Source of the DNA: Bacteroidales bacterium UBA6207
GTDB lineage: Bacteria > Bacteroidota > Bacteroidia > Bacteroidales > F082
Assembly (NCBI GenBank): GCA_002421995.1
Contig: DISP01000002.1
Span: 6,417 to 30,416 of the forward strand
Direction: 5' to 3'
DNA: 24,000 bases
Part shown: positions 1-8,900 of the stretch, in pieces
Numbering within the stretch: the stretch's first letter is position 1
Layout: every line of letters begins with the position of its first letter
The notes under the pieces: generated by a model
Told to the model about the DNA's origin: nothing
What the model saw: the letters and a program-made list of their open reading frames with translations, nothing else
The model's database searches: none
Program-made: the position numbers and the translations under genes

Positions 1-465
1 CATCTTCAAAGTTGACAGATATTCAACAAGCTTTGTTTTTAGGATTTCGAAGATCACATGAAAGTCTTTAACTAATTGAATACCATAAGATTTATTCGAA
101 TAGTTATCTTTGATGCAAGACTGATAATACTCGATCAATTGTTCGAAATAGGCTCGTTCAATATCTACCCACCTACTTTCTAAATAGTTAGAAAAAAGCT
201 TTTCAATAAATTCATGTTTAAAATTTAATTGTGGAGCAAAATAGCCACTTAAGAAGCCTTTTAATTCGCCAAAAGATTTAAACTCTTCCTTTATTTTAAA
301 AACTCCTTCTATCGAAATAAGTTCATCTTCAAATTTATTTTCTCGAATAGAGTCCATATGTGCCAAAAAGGCTTTGTTCATGTACCAAAGCATAAAATTT
401 GCATACCTTGTCTCCAACCCATGCGCCAAATCAAAGCCGTTTCCGATGATGAGCAGTTTATTCAT
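1..465 (-). CDS. abiH: AbiH-family abortive-infection protein, N-terminal 155 codons (3' end runs off the left edge)
   Basis: Not in the ORF track because it has no in-window stop. Hand translation of the reverse strand: ATG at 465-463, frame open to position 1 (no stop in any of the 155 codons), giving MNKLLIIGNGFDLAHGLETRYANFMLWYMNKAFLAHMDSIRE... The IIGNGFDLAHGL-T-Y-F N-terminus is the hallmark I associate with Pfam AbiH. The start lies 1 nt after the kinase stop (467-469). Confidence 0.7.
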   Translation of the reverse strand, partial: MNKLLIIGNGFDLAHGLETRYANFMLWYMNKAFLAHMDSIRENKFEDELISIEGVFKIKEEFKSFGELKGFLSGYFAPQLNFKHEFIEKLFSNYLESRWVDIERAYFEQLIEYYQSCIKDNYSNKSYGIQLVKDFHVIFEILKTKLVEYLSTLKM

Positions 466-466
466 C

Positions 467-2206
467 TTATAATAGTTTATGTTTGTTGGTCTTCAGTATC
501 ATTTCCTGTTTGCCAAAGGTGATTATATGCCTACCCAGAAGAAATATCTTTTGCTGTACTTTGACTCCGTCAACGTAAACACCTGACCAACTCCCCAGAT
601 CATAAAGCCAGACATTGTCCTTCTGGTTGATGATGACAAAATGCCTGCGGCTAACTTCCGGATCATCAAACAAGTCGAAATCGTTCTGCTTAAAGCCTTT
701 TCTTCCAAAAGAGATGATCATTTTGTTTTCTTCATATTCTTGATCACCAAGCTGAAAAACGATCGTATTTGTAGGTTTCAGGAAATGAAGAAACCTGTAC
801 TCATGAAAAAGCAATTTTGAACTCAGGAAAGGCTGGTTGTTTTGGTTCCAGCTTGCGTTGCTTTTCTCAGCATAAACCAAGTTGTTGTAATCCATAAATG
901 CTGTTGATTTGCCGGAAACAGCTTTTTCCTCATCGAACCTATTATTCAGAAGCTGAAATAAATTGAGATTTGATACAAAGACCTGTAAATCCGGAAACAT
1001 CTCAACAGCCAGCAGTGCTTGATCCAACCCTATCTCCCACCTGCCCGAAATGAAGTAGCATTGCAGTAGAAGGTTTAGCGCTTCTGCATCAAAGAAATGT
1101 TGATTCAAATAGCCCAGAAGCAGGGAGGTGGCCTTAGAAATTTGGTTTTCTGAGATGTAAACTTCTGCCAACTCTTTCTCAACACTGGCATTTCGGTTGA
1201 GTATTAAAGCATTTTCAAAACAGTTCCTGGCATGAACCAAATCGTGCGTTGCCAGAAAATATTTCCCTTTGAGAATGGTAAATCCTAAGTTTTTATCCGA
1301 TACAATACCGGAAAATAAGATAGACCGCACATTTTTCCATTGTCGGACCTGCAAATGAAATTGCAATTTCCGAACCAGCTTTTCTTCCTGCAATAACGAT
1401 TTCGTTAAAAATACCGGAATATTTCGGTTGATGAGCGCTTCACCGAGCTCTGACATCGTTTGGAATCGTGACTGTGGATTGTAATGACAGGCTTTTAAAA
1501 TGAAATGCTGAAGCCAGGGCTCAAAGTTCAGGATAGGTAAATCCGCATTCTTTACTTTTTGTACAATCTGCTCTTTTGAAAGTCCGGCAAAAGGATGTGC
1601 TTGATTCAGAAGCTCCAGTATGGTGATCCCCAGCGCATAAATATCTATCCGGCGATCGTCTTTGGTTGGATTTCCTTCCAGCATTTCCGGGGCTGAATAC
1701 AAAATGGTTCCAATGCTTGTATTCACTGTGCCAAAATCACTGATCTTGATTGTTTTATCCTCCGAAACCAACATATTGGCCGGTTTGATGTCGTGATGCA
1801 CAATTCCCTTTTCATGCAGGAAGTTAAACGCCTGGGCAAGCTGAATGAATATGTCGATAATTTGTCCGAAAGAGAGATTGTTATTACCTGCAAAATCATG
1901 GAGATTTCCCTGGCTGCAATACTCCATCACCAAAAATAAGCTATCCTTATCTTTAAAACTGCTTTTATAACTGATGATATTTTGATGGTTGATTCTCCCA
2001 AGGTGTCTGATTTCTCTGAGGATATTCACCTGATGAAACCTTTCCCTGCTGTGAAGCATTTTGATGGCAAATAGATTTTCGGAGATCGTTTCCTTTGCAA
2101 GATACACTTCTCCAAAACCTCCTTCTCCCAACGTTCGAATGTAGTTGTAGCCTTTTTGTACAAGGGTTGTTTTTATTGCTTCGTCCATCATTTGTTCTAT
2201 TCTCAA
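467..2206 (-). CDS. Hanks-type Ser/Thr protein kinase with central TPR-like helical region and C-terminal FHA domain
   Basis: 579-aa ORF. Kinase motifs: G-loop LGEGGFGEVY, FAIK lysine, catalytic HHDIKPANML, DFG (ISDFGTV), APE (YSAPEML). Helical repeats at about aa 300-440. FHA signature at the C-terminus: ISFGRK...VSRRHFVI...LYDLGSWSGVYVDGVKV. Confidence 0.9.
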   Translation of the reverse strand: MRIEQMMDEAIKTTLVQKGYNYIRTLGEGGFGEVYLAKETISENLFAIKMLHSRERFHQVNILREIRHLGRINHQNIISYKSSFKDKDSLFLVMEYCSQGNLHDFAGNNNLSFGQIIDIFIQLAQAFNFLHEKGIVHHDIKPANMLVSEDKTIKISDFGTVNTSIGTILYSAPEMLEGNPTKDDRRIDIYALGITILELLNQAHPFAGLSKEQIVQKVKNADLPILNFEPWLQHFILKACHYNPQSRFQTMSELGEALINRNIPVFLTKSLLQEEKLVRKLQFHLQVRQWKNVRSILFSGIVSDKNLGFTILKGKYFLATHDLVHARNCFENALILNRNASVEKELAEVYISENQISKATSLLLGYLNQHFFDAEALNLLLQCYFISGRWEIGLDQALLAVEMFPDLQVFVSNLNLFQLLNNRFDEEKAVSGKSTAFMDYNNLVYAEKSNASWNQNNQPFLSSKLLFHEYRFLHFLKPTNTIVFQLGDQEYEENKMIISFGRKGFKQNDFDLFDDPEVSRRHFVIINQKDNVWLYDLGSWSGVYVDGVKVQQKIFLLGRHIITFGKQEMILKTNKHKLL

Positions 2207-2228
2207 CCTATTTCATTCCATCTCTGAT

Positions 2229-2693
2229 TCACACCAATCTATGGATTGTTTTATCCGTTGTTTTAAGCAAATTTTCCAGTTTTCCTCCGGCACTGGCATA
2301 ACCTACCGTAACTTCATCAGCAAGTTGTATCATCATGGCATTTCTTATTTCTGCTGTTTGCTCTGTTACGCGTTTGACTTGCACATCAAACGGACTGATG
2401 ATTAAAATTCTGCCTTGCGCCATGGGTTTGATGAGCTCTGGTTCGATTTTCACTTTTAATCCCCTGGCTAATGCAATGATGATAGGCTGATTGCCTTTGA
2501 GTAAAAAATGCAACACATCTTTTTCTAATTGGCTATGAAATCCGCTGATGATACAATGGCCGGCCTCACGTTGCGCAATTGCCCAATCGTAGCATTTCAA
2601 AACAACCGTTGCAGGAATAGACCGGCTACATAAAAAAGCGCTTTTCTTTAGCTCTAATAATGCCTCATTTCCTATTAGTTGTTCAATCTTCAT
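2229..2693 (-). CDS. DprA/Smf-like (SLOG-type Rossmann) protein, short stand-alone form
   Basis: 154-aa ORF. FLCSRSIP...AIAQREAGHCIISGFHSQLEKDVLHFLLKGNQPIIIALARGL follows the DprA Rossmann pattern (GSR..G..vvSGlA.GiD..aH..aL..gg.tIaVl..Gl). The stop is 22 nt upstream of the kinase start, so co-transcription is likely. Assignment is by eye only. Confidence 0.55.
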   Translation of the reverse strand: MKIEQLIGNEALLELKKSAFLCSRSIPATVVLKCYDWAIAQREAGHCIISGFHSQLEKDVLHFLLKGNQPIIIALARGLKVKIEPELIKPMAQGRILIISPFDVQVKRVTEQTAEIRNAMMIQLADEVTVGYASAGGKLENLLKTTDKTIHRLV

Positions 2694-2751
2694 TTTACAT
2701 TACATCTTTAACTTGGACACTCTGACCATGTTTATGACTACCTTCATTATT

Positions 2752-2852
2752 AACTCCCCACTTTTTTTAATTAAGCTCCCCACTTTTAATTTTACTATTT
2801 CTTCTAATACAATCATTATCAGCAATTATATTAGGAACTACTCCCCACTTTT
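2752..2852 (-). promoter_or_regulatory. Three copies of AAAAGTGGGGAG (minus-strand reading) in the 166-nt gap between the AlbA_2 gene stop and the DprA-like gene start; candidate operator or promoter element
   Basis: The plus strand has ctccccactttt at 2754-2765, 2776-2787 and 2841-2852. A fourth copy sits inside the AlbA_2 CDS at 3106-3117. Function is inferred from position only. Confidence 0.35.
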
Positions 2853-2859
2853 TATTACC

Positions 2860-4575
2860 TTAAATCCTATGACCTCCTATAAAATCCTTACCTCGTTGTG
2901 TAATTACATAAGCTTGATTAGGGTCATTTGGATTTTCTGGAATGGTATAACTAATCAAATGATTGTCTTTAAGAGGTTTCACATAATCATCCCTATATCT
3001 TTCCTTACTTTTATATCCAAGAGAAGTTGCAAGTTCTTCCAGACTTATTGGTTCAAGTGTAAGCAATAACGTACTCAATATGATCTTCCCTCTTTTCTTT
3101 AATAACTCCCCACTTTTTTCTTCCCAGCTCTCTACCTTTTTCAGTTGCTGTATCTGTATATTGTTGTTTATCAGGAATCTTATCTTATCTAGCTCCATGC
3201 TTTTTTCTTCCCATTTCTTTGCCATTTCTATTGCCAACATGTCGATATCTACTATTTCTTTTAATTCTAAGTTTAATGGCAGACCCTTTAATAAATTCAG
3301 CTTTTGCTCACCTATTTGATCAACTGTTAACTGGGCTAAACCAATAAGCACATTAAATCTATTACCAATTCTCTCAATAATAATCGGAATAGTTGTAATA
3401 AAAGGATCGTCTTCAATAAATGAAGGTCTGGCACCAAGGGTATAGTAATTCAAGTATTTGCTGATATTCTTAATTCCTGAGCCAATTTCATCTGCCCAAT
3501 TCAGTTCGCTGAAAAACCGTCTGATATTTGGATTTTTAGGTTCTGCACTAAATGTATCTAGATCCAACGGACCTGTGAACCTTGGTTTGTTAGGGTTTTT
3601 TGCTTCGACCCGATCTGTGTAAATAATTATCTCACTTGCCAGTGAGGTATTATATTCTCTATGGATAATAACATTTGCTACAAGTTCCCTGAATATTAAT
3701 TCCCTCAAATCCTTTCTCTGTTCTCCTTCAATAAAGAACTTTTCAGGCCATTTTGATTTTACAAAATCTATAACTCTTATATAAGTATCAACAAGATTTG
3801 TTCTTAATGGAGGCAAACGGTCATCCCAACGGTCAAGGTTTTCCCTTCGTACCATAACATCCAATTTGTAAGCAGGCAGAATATTGCCGATTGTTTCGTC
3901 TTTTCCGAAAACTAAAGCAGCTGCAAGGGTTAATCCCTCTTCGCCAGTACTGAAATCTCTTCTGATGAAATTAACATCACGGAGTATCCTGTCGTTAGAA
4001 GCTGTAAGCCATGAATGCGTTGTGTTTATAGCAGCAATCAGCTTTCTGACTTTGTCAAAAACATCTTGGCTCAGATGTTCCATTTTCAGTTCAGGAAAAA
4101 TTTGAGTTTCAGTAAAATTCTGTCTTTTTCTAAAATAAATATCGCTTATCTGTCTATCATCATTTACTCTTATATCACTGTCGTTTTCTCTGTCGTAAAT
4201 AGTACCGGCATGTTTATGTACCAATGAGCTTACAGGAACCCGGATGTAAAGAATATTTTTTTCCTCATATTCAGCATCTCTGACAGGCAAGGCGTAGGGT
4301 GGACTTATTACATCAGGATTATTCAATGCAGTAACTATATTTTGTTTAAGCTGCATTATATTGGCTGCTTCAAGCCCAAGGACAATCCCGTCATCTGTAA
4401 CTCCCAATAAAATAATTCCTCCTTCTTTGTTCAGAAAAGACGAAACGGTATCGTATAAGGTATCAGGAACCCCATTTTGGGCTTCTTTAAACTCAATACG
4501 GATTCCTTCACCTTTATGTAAGAGTTGTTTTATTTCTTGGTGTGTTAACATAATCACTTCGATATTTTTTTCCAT
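2860..4575 (-). CDS. Schlafen-type AlbA_2 domain + HATPase_c_4 (RecG-C-like) + C-terminal wHTH protein
   Basis: 571-aa ORF. N-terminal GEGIRIEFKEAQNGVPDTLYDTVSSFLNKEGGIILLGVTDDG matches AlbA_2 (divergent AAA_4). Central RELIFRELVANVIIHREYNTSLASEIIIYTDRVEAKNPNKP matches HATPase_c_4. The C-terminus ISLEELATSLGYKSKERYRDDYVKPLKDNHLISYTIPENPNDPNQAYVITQRG looks like a wHTH. Internal WEEKS(M/G)EL repeat. An alternative start at M9 is possible. Confidence 0.8.
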   Translation of the reverse strand: MEKNIEVIMLTHQEIKQLLHKGEGIRIEFKEAQNGVPDTLYDTVSSFLNKEGGIILLGVTDDGIVLGLEAANIMQLKQNIVTALNNPDVISPPYALPVRDAEYEEKNILYIRVPVSSLVHKHAGTIYDRENDSDIRVNDDRQISDIYFRKRQNFTETQIFPELKMEHLSQDVFDKVRKLIAAINTTHSWLTASNDRILRDVNFIRRDFSTGEEGLTLAAALVFGKDETIGNILPAYKLDVMVRRENLDRWDDRLPPLRTNLVDTYIRVIDFVKSKWPEKFFIEGEQRKDLRELIFRELVANVIIHREYNTSLASEIIIYTDRVEAKNPNKPRFTGPLDLDTFSAEPKNPNIRRFFSELNWADEIGSGIKNISKYLNYYTLGARPSFIEDDPFITTIPIIIERIGNRFNVLIGLAQLTVDQIGEQKLNLLKGLPLNLELKEIVDIDMLAIEMAKKWEEKSMELDKIRFLINNNIQIQQLKKVESWEEKSGELLKKRGKIILSTLLLTLEPISLEELATSLGYKSKERYRDDYVKPLKDNHLISYTIPENPNDPNQAYVITQRGKDFIGGHRI

Positions 4576-4946
4576 GTATCATTTGAAAACAAGTAAGAAA
4601 CCAATTGTTTTCTTGCTTCCTCGACTGTAGTTTTTGATGCAATTGGAAAGCCGACAAATTTTGCAATTTCTCTTATTTGTTTCAATGTCATTTTGCTCAA
4701 TTGTTCCATCGAATCATCAATGGATATTGTAATTTTTTTAATTAATTCCTTGTCAACTTTAAGTCCTTTATTTTGTTTTTTTCTATCTGTGAAGGGTGCT
4801 GTTAATGAAATTTGTACTCGACCTCCGAACCTTTTAAGATTTTCAATGCTCTTCTCATCAAACTTATTTTTAAGAATTTCTCTCAAGTCATGAGGAAGTT
4901 CTTCTCCCGGTTTTAAAAATATATCATATTTTGGCATAATCTTCAA
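4554..4946 (-). CDS. Hypothetical 130-aa protein; the C-terminus resembles a SAP/Rho-N-like helix-extension-helix
   Basis: The ORF overlaps both neighbours (4924-4946 with ParA-like, 4554-4575 with AlbA_2), consistent with translational coupling. LSKMTLKQIREIAKFVGFPIASKTTVEEARKQLVSYL resembles SAP/Rho_N motifs (inference). No family recognised. Confidence 0.6.
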   Translation of the reverse strand: MKIMPKYDIFLKPGEELPHDLREILKNKFDEKSIENLKRFGGRVQISLTAPFTDRKKQNKGLKVDKELIKKITISIDDSMEQLSKMTLKQIREIAKFVGFPIASKTTVEEARKQLVSYLFSNDTWKKISK

Positions 4947-5925
4947 TTCTTTTAGTAATACGATTAATCAGATTCATCATGATTTCGCTGACCGATTGTT
5001 GGTCTGAGCCGGTGTGCCTTAATTCATACCATGCTGATTTATTAGCTCCCTGACTTAAAAATCTTGAGATGACATCAAGTCTTGGAACATGTGCCAGAAC
5101 TGGTTTATTGTCAATAATTTTCCTTTCAACAGGTTCAAGCTGATCCCGAATAGATTTGTATAATTCCTCAGTTGCCTGTTGCTGGTTGATTGTACCATAT
5201 TCATAACCACCAGCACGGTTCACGGCATTTAATACACAACCCAATAGGTACGGTTTTTCATGTTTTGGGATTTCTTTTACCCACTTTAATAAACGGGGCA
5301 TTCCATAAACAGAAATTTTATCGGGAATAGTAACCGTTAAGAAATAGGAGCAAGCCCTCAACATTGCCTGAGTCAGGTACATTTTATTTGGTGGACAGTC
5401 AATCAGTACATAATCAAAATCACTGAATGCATTTAACATGTTCTTGCAGTAATAGTATAAAGTATCATCAGCATTTGGTTTTTGGGTAATTTCCCTGATA
5501 ATGAGTTTGTCAAGCTCATCAATGTCGAATGAACCTCTTATCATTTTTAATTCTTTGGGAGCATGGATATCCGGAACAGCATCAATATATTGGCTGAACT
5601 TCACTTTAGCAATATTCGCCCATTTGTTTGGGGTAACAAGGTGGTAAATGGTAAAATCTGTTTTGTCAACTTTTGCAGGATCAACTCCGGCTGCAAGAGA
5701 AAGGCTGCATTGCGGGTCAATATCAATTAACAATACTTTCTTCCCTTTATTGGCAAGGTAGTACCCTAACAAGGTTGTAATCGTAGTTTTCCCAACCCCA
5801 CCCTTATAATTTGCAATGCAAATGGAACCGGGGTGTTTGTCAATTGGAAGATTCTCCAATTTTTGTTTGATGTTTTCAGGTATATCCATCTTACTTTTTG
5901 TTTTAATTTTCCTCCTCTTCCCCAT
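4924..5925 (-). CDS. ParA/MinD-family (deviant Walker A) ATPase with a basic N-terminal extension
   Basis: 333-aa ORF. NYKGGVGKTTITTLLGYYLANKGKKVLLIDIDPQ is the deviant Walker A; DYVLIDCPP is Walker-B-like. Overlaps the methyltransferase stop by 23 nt. An alternative start at M13 (MDIPEN) would remove the overlap. Confidence 0.85.
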   Translation of the reverse strand: MGKRRKIKTKSKMDIPENIKQKLENLPIDKHPGSICIANYKGGVGKTTITTLLGYYLANKGKKVLLIDIDPQCSLSLAAGVDPAKVDKTDFTIYHLVTPNKWANIAKVKFSQYIDAVPDIHAPKELKMIRGSFDIDELDKLIIREITQKPNADDTLYYYCKNMLNAFSDFDYVLIDCPPNKMYLTQAMLRACSYFLTVTIPDKISVYGMPRLLKWVKEIPKHEKPYLLGCVLNAVNRAGGYEYGTINQQQATEELYKSIRDQLEPVERKIIDNKPVLAHVPRLDVISRFLSQGANKSAWYELRHTGSDQQSVSEIMMNLINRITKRIEDYAKI

Positions 5926-8900
5926 TCTCCAACTCCTTCCCCATCCTGTATTTGATGTCGTAATTGATGATAAAATCCAACTCCTCTTCTGTGAAACCGT
6001 AGTGCTCCGCTAAAACGGTATCGATTTTGTCTATAATTTGCTTAGAAATTCTTGGTTGGAATACTTGCAATTTAAGCAGTCCATATTTTTTATAGTATGC
6101 TTCTTGAAAATAGGAGTTTTCTTGAAGGTCAATTAAAAGTCTTTCGGAAAGTTCAATGAGTTTATTTTTTAAATGAATACGAACTTCTGAAAGTGCAAAA
6201 GGGAAAGTTGATACTTCTCTTTTATTTAAGTTTCTACAATCTGAATAACCAATATAGTACCAAAAGAATAAAGATGAGAGATACGTAGAGTTGGAAATTA
6301 GTCTTTCATCATCATTTTTAAAACAAATCACTTTTAATTCGGATGTTATTCTAAGACTACCATCTGTTTCATAAATTTTAGGCGCTGTTTCCAGAAATTG
6401 AAGAAAATATCTCAGTTTTCTTGTGTGAAATACCTTGTGATTGCTTGAAGATATTATGTAGTTACTGATAGATTTGTTTGATTTCAGTTTCTTTATTATG
6501 TTGGTTTCATGTTTTGTACTTACTTTTGGGATGGAATCATTGTGAAATAGAGAGTTGTCAATTGTAGTATATTTTAAAAATCCGAATAAATACTCTCTAT
6601 ACTCAGAATTCCACCTATAATATTTAGTGGAATATAGGGCTTTTCCTGATCCTCTATTTGAAAGAAAAATTGATAGGTGCTTATCAACACCTTCAAATAG
6701 CTTTGCTGGACGCATAGAATATGAACTATACCACAAATTATTCATTTGACTATTTAATAAATCCCTTAAACTAGAAAATCCATCAGTACTAACAATCGAA
6801 ATTGGAACAATCATTCCAATAGAACCATTTTTATTGACTATTCTTGTTGACCGTTCAATTACATAGGCATAAAGATCTTTACATTCAAGAGTACTAAACT
6901 CCTTCAACTTATAATCAAAACTTGAAGCAGAATAAACAACATATGGCGGATTCCCAATGACCACATCAAAACCACCCTTATCGTGTATTATTTCATAAAA
7001 CTCAGCAAACCAATGGAAAGGTTGATGGGATTGTAACCATGTGTCATAATTATTGTCAGCTGTTTGTTTGTGCAATAATTGATTGAGCTCGTTGTTGAGC
7101 GCTTTCAATCGCGTGTTCAGTTCTTCCTTCGCTTGTTTAAAATCATGGTAATCATTGCTATATCCCAATTGGATATCTTTGTATCGGGTAAAGGCATGGG
7201 CAACAATGTCGCATTTTTCTTCAATCGCATCTTTCACGATCGACCCTTCCATGTCTTCAATCAGTGACCTGGAGAGTTCTGCCTCCGTTGCAAAGCCTAC
7301 GAGGGTGTTGCCGGCCCGTATGTTAAAGTCAATATCCGGCAGTGGCTCAAGACCCATATTGGGCTTGCGGTAGTCCACCTCCACCGTGGCCACCAACTTC
7401 AGAAACAACCGCAGTTTGGCAATTTCAACGGCCTCTTTCATAATGTCAACACCATAGAGGTTGCGCAGGATGATGCTTTTGTAGATATAATATTTCAGAT
7501 TGGGGTGGTGCTCGCTTTGTATTTCCTCCAACACCGAGCGAAAGTATTTGTGTTTGTTTCTGAGTGCCTGTTTATTGGCCTCGTTGTGGCGGTCTTCGTC
7601 TTCCACAAAAGCACGCATGCGCATAATGCAACCTTCATACAATGGTTCAAGGATGTTGAGCGCGGCAAAAAGAAATGCCCCTGAACCACAGGTAGGGTCA
7701 ATAATCGTAACGTGGTTCAGTGCTTTGTAAAAATGTTTCAAAAACTCAGGGTCTTCGGTGTTCTCAATCACATCTTGTGCAAACTGTCTGATATCGAGGT
7801 TGTACGTAATGAAATCATTAATTGTTTTAATGTCACCTCCTTCAATTTTAGCGCTGACATCTGCATACCTGCCGCGTCGGTCAACCACTTCACGCCAAAT
7901 CTCTGTTGGCAAGGCATGTGTTTCCAGTGCCGGACGATTCCATTCTTTGCGTCGTTCCAACAATCCCGGACTGTTGGTGTCAAGGCCTGCTTCAATCTCT
8001 TCAGGCAATGGCAGCGTGACGCCTTTTTTAACTGCTTCATAAATATATTGGTCGCCACTTTGTTTTAAATTATGCCAAATCCCGCTCTCTGATGTCATTG
8101 CTTGCGGATATTGCCTGCCGGTTTCTTCAAACAAATAAGGCAGAATGCAATTCTTGCTGATGTAATCAGTAATATCTTCCTTGGTATAATAGGCACCCAT
8201 ATCTGCCCGGTAATTGATATATTTTTCAAAGATATAACCAATCACATCGGGGTTGATTTCCCTTCCTGTTGCAGATGCGCGGGTGTCGAGATGCCATTCA
8301 TACTGATCAAAAAAGTCGAACACACGTTCAAAGGCTTTGTCTTCAATATCAATGGATTGATACATCTTTTCCAACTCGTGTTCATCAAACAGGCCGCCAT
8401 TGAGATAGGGAATTTTGCCAATCTCGATTTTCACAGCCGCAGTCTGGCTTGCTTGATTCAATCCCTTGTGGAACAAAACAAGTAAGAAGTCACGGTAAAA
8501 GGAATAAAACTGATCCTTCCCTTTTTTCTCCTGGCTCGCGATCAGCTTATCCCGCAGGTAGTTTCGGTTATTATCAAGGAAACCTTTTTTCTGAATAAAG
8601 TAGCAAAACATGAGTCGGTTGAGCATCAGCGAGGCATACCACTCCTGATTCACCCTGTCCTGAATACCTTTGATAAAAGTAAGAAATGCCGTATGCTCTC
8701 TTTTGAACCGATCGTAGAAGGCTTTGGTAATCCTGTCGGCATTGGCATGAAAGTTTTCGTTCATTCTTTTCTTCACATCCACAATGGTAATCTTGTCCTC
8801 CTCAGCCATTTCGAAGAAAACGCCCGATGCACGCTGAAATAACAACTCAGGGTCTTGCGACACATGATAACGCGTTTCAGTCACTTTGGCCGGTTTGCCT

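Noticed and set aside
2713-4630. Plus-strand ORFs of 66-118 aa antisense to the AlbA_2 and 130-aa genes. Similar antisense ORFs lie inside the kinase, MTase, helicase, DUF2130, Qat and dipeptidase genes (for example 7712-8068, 8102-8485, 11031-11627, 13356-14249, 23066-23623).
   Set aside because: These are low-complexity, Phe/Ser/Leu-rich translations wholly contained within long ORFs that carry clear motifs on the opposite strand. I treat them as antisense artefacts.
4924-5925. Reading the ParA-like ATPase as evidence that this is a plasmid or ICE partition locus
   Set aside because: There is no adjacent ParB or centromere, and no replication or conjugation genes. The gene is embedded by overlapping reading frames inside a defence-type operon. 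The distant 21-bp array is noted only as a speculative link.
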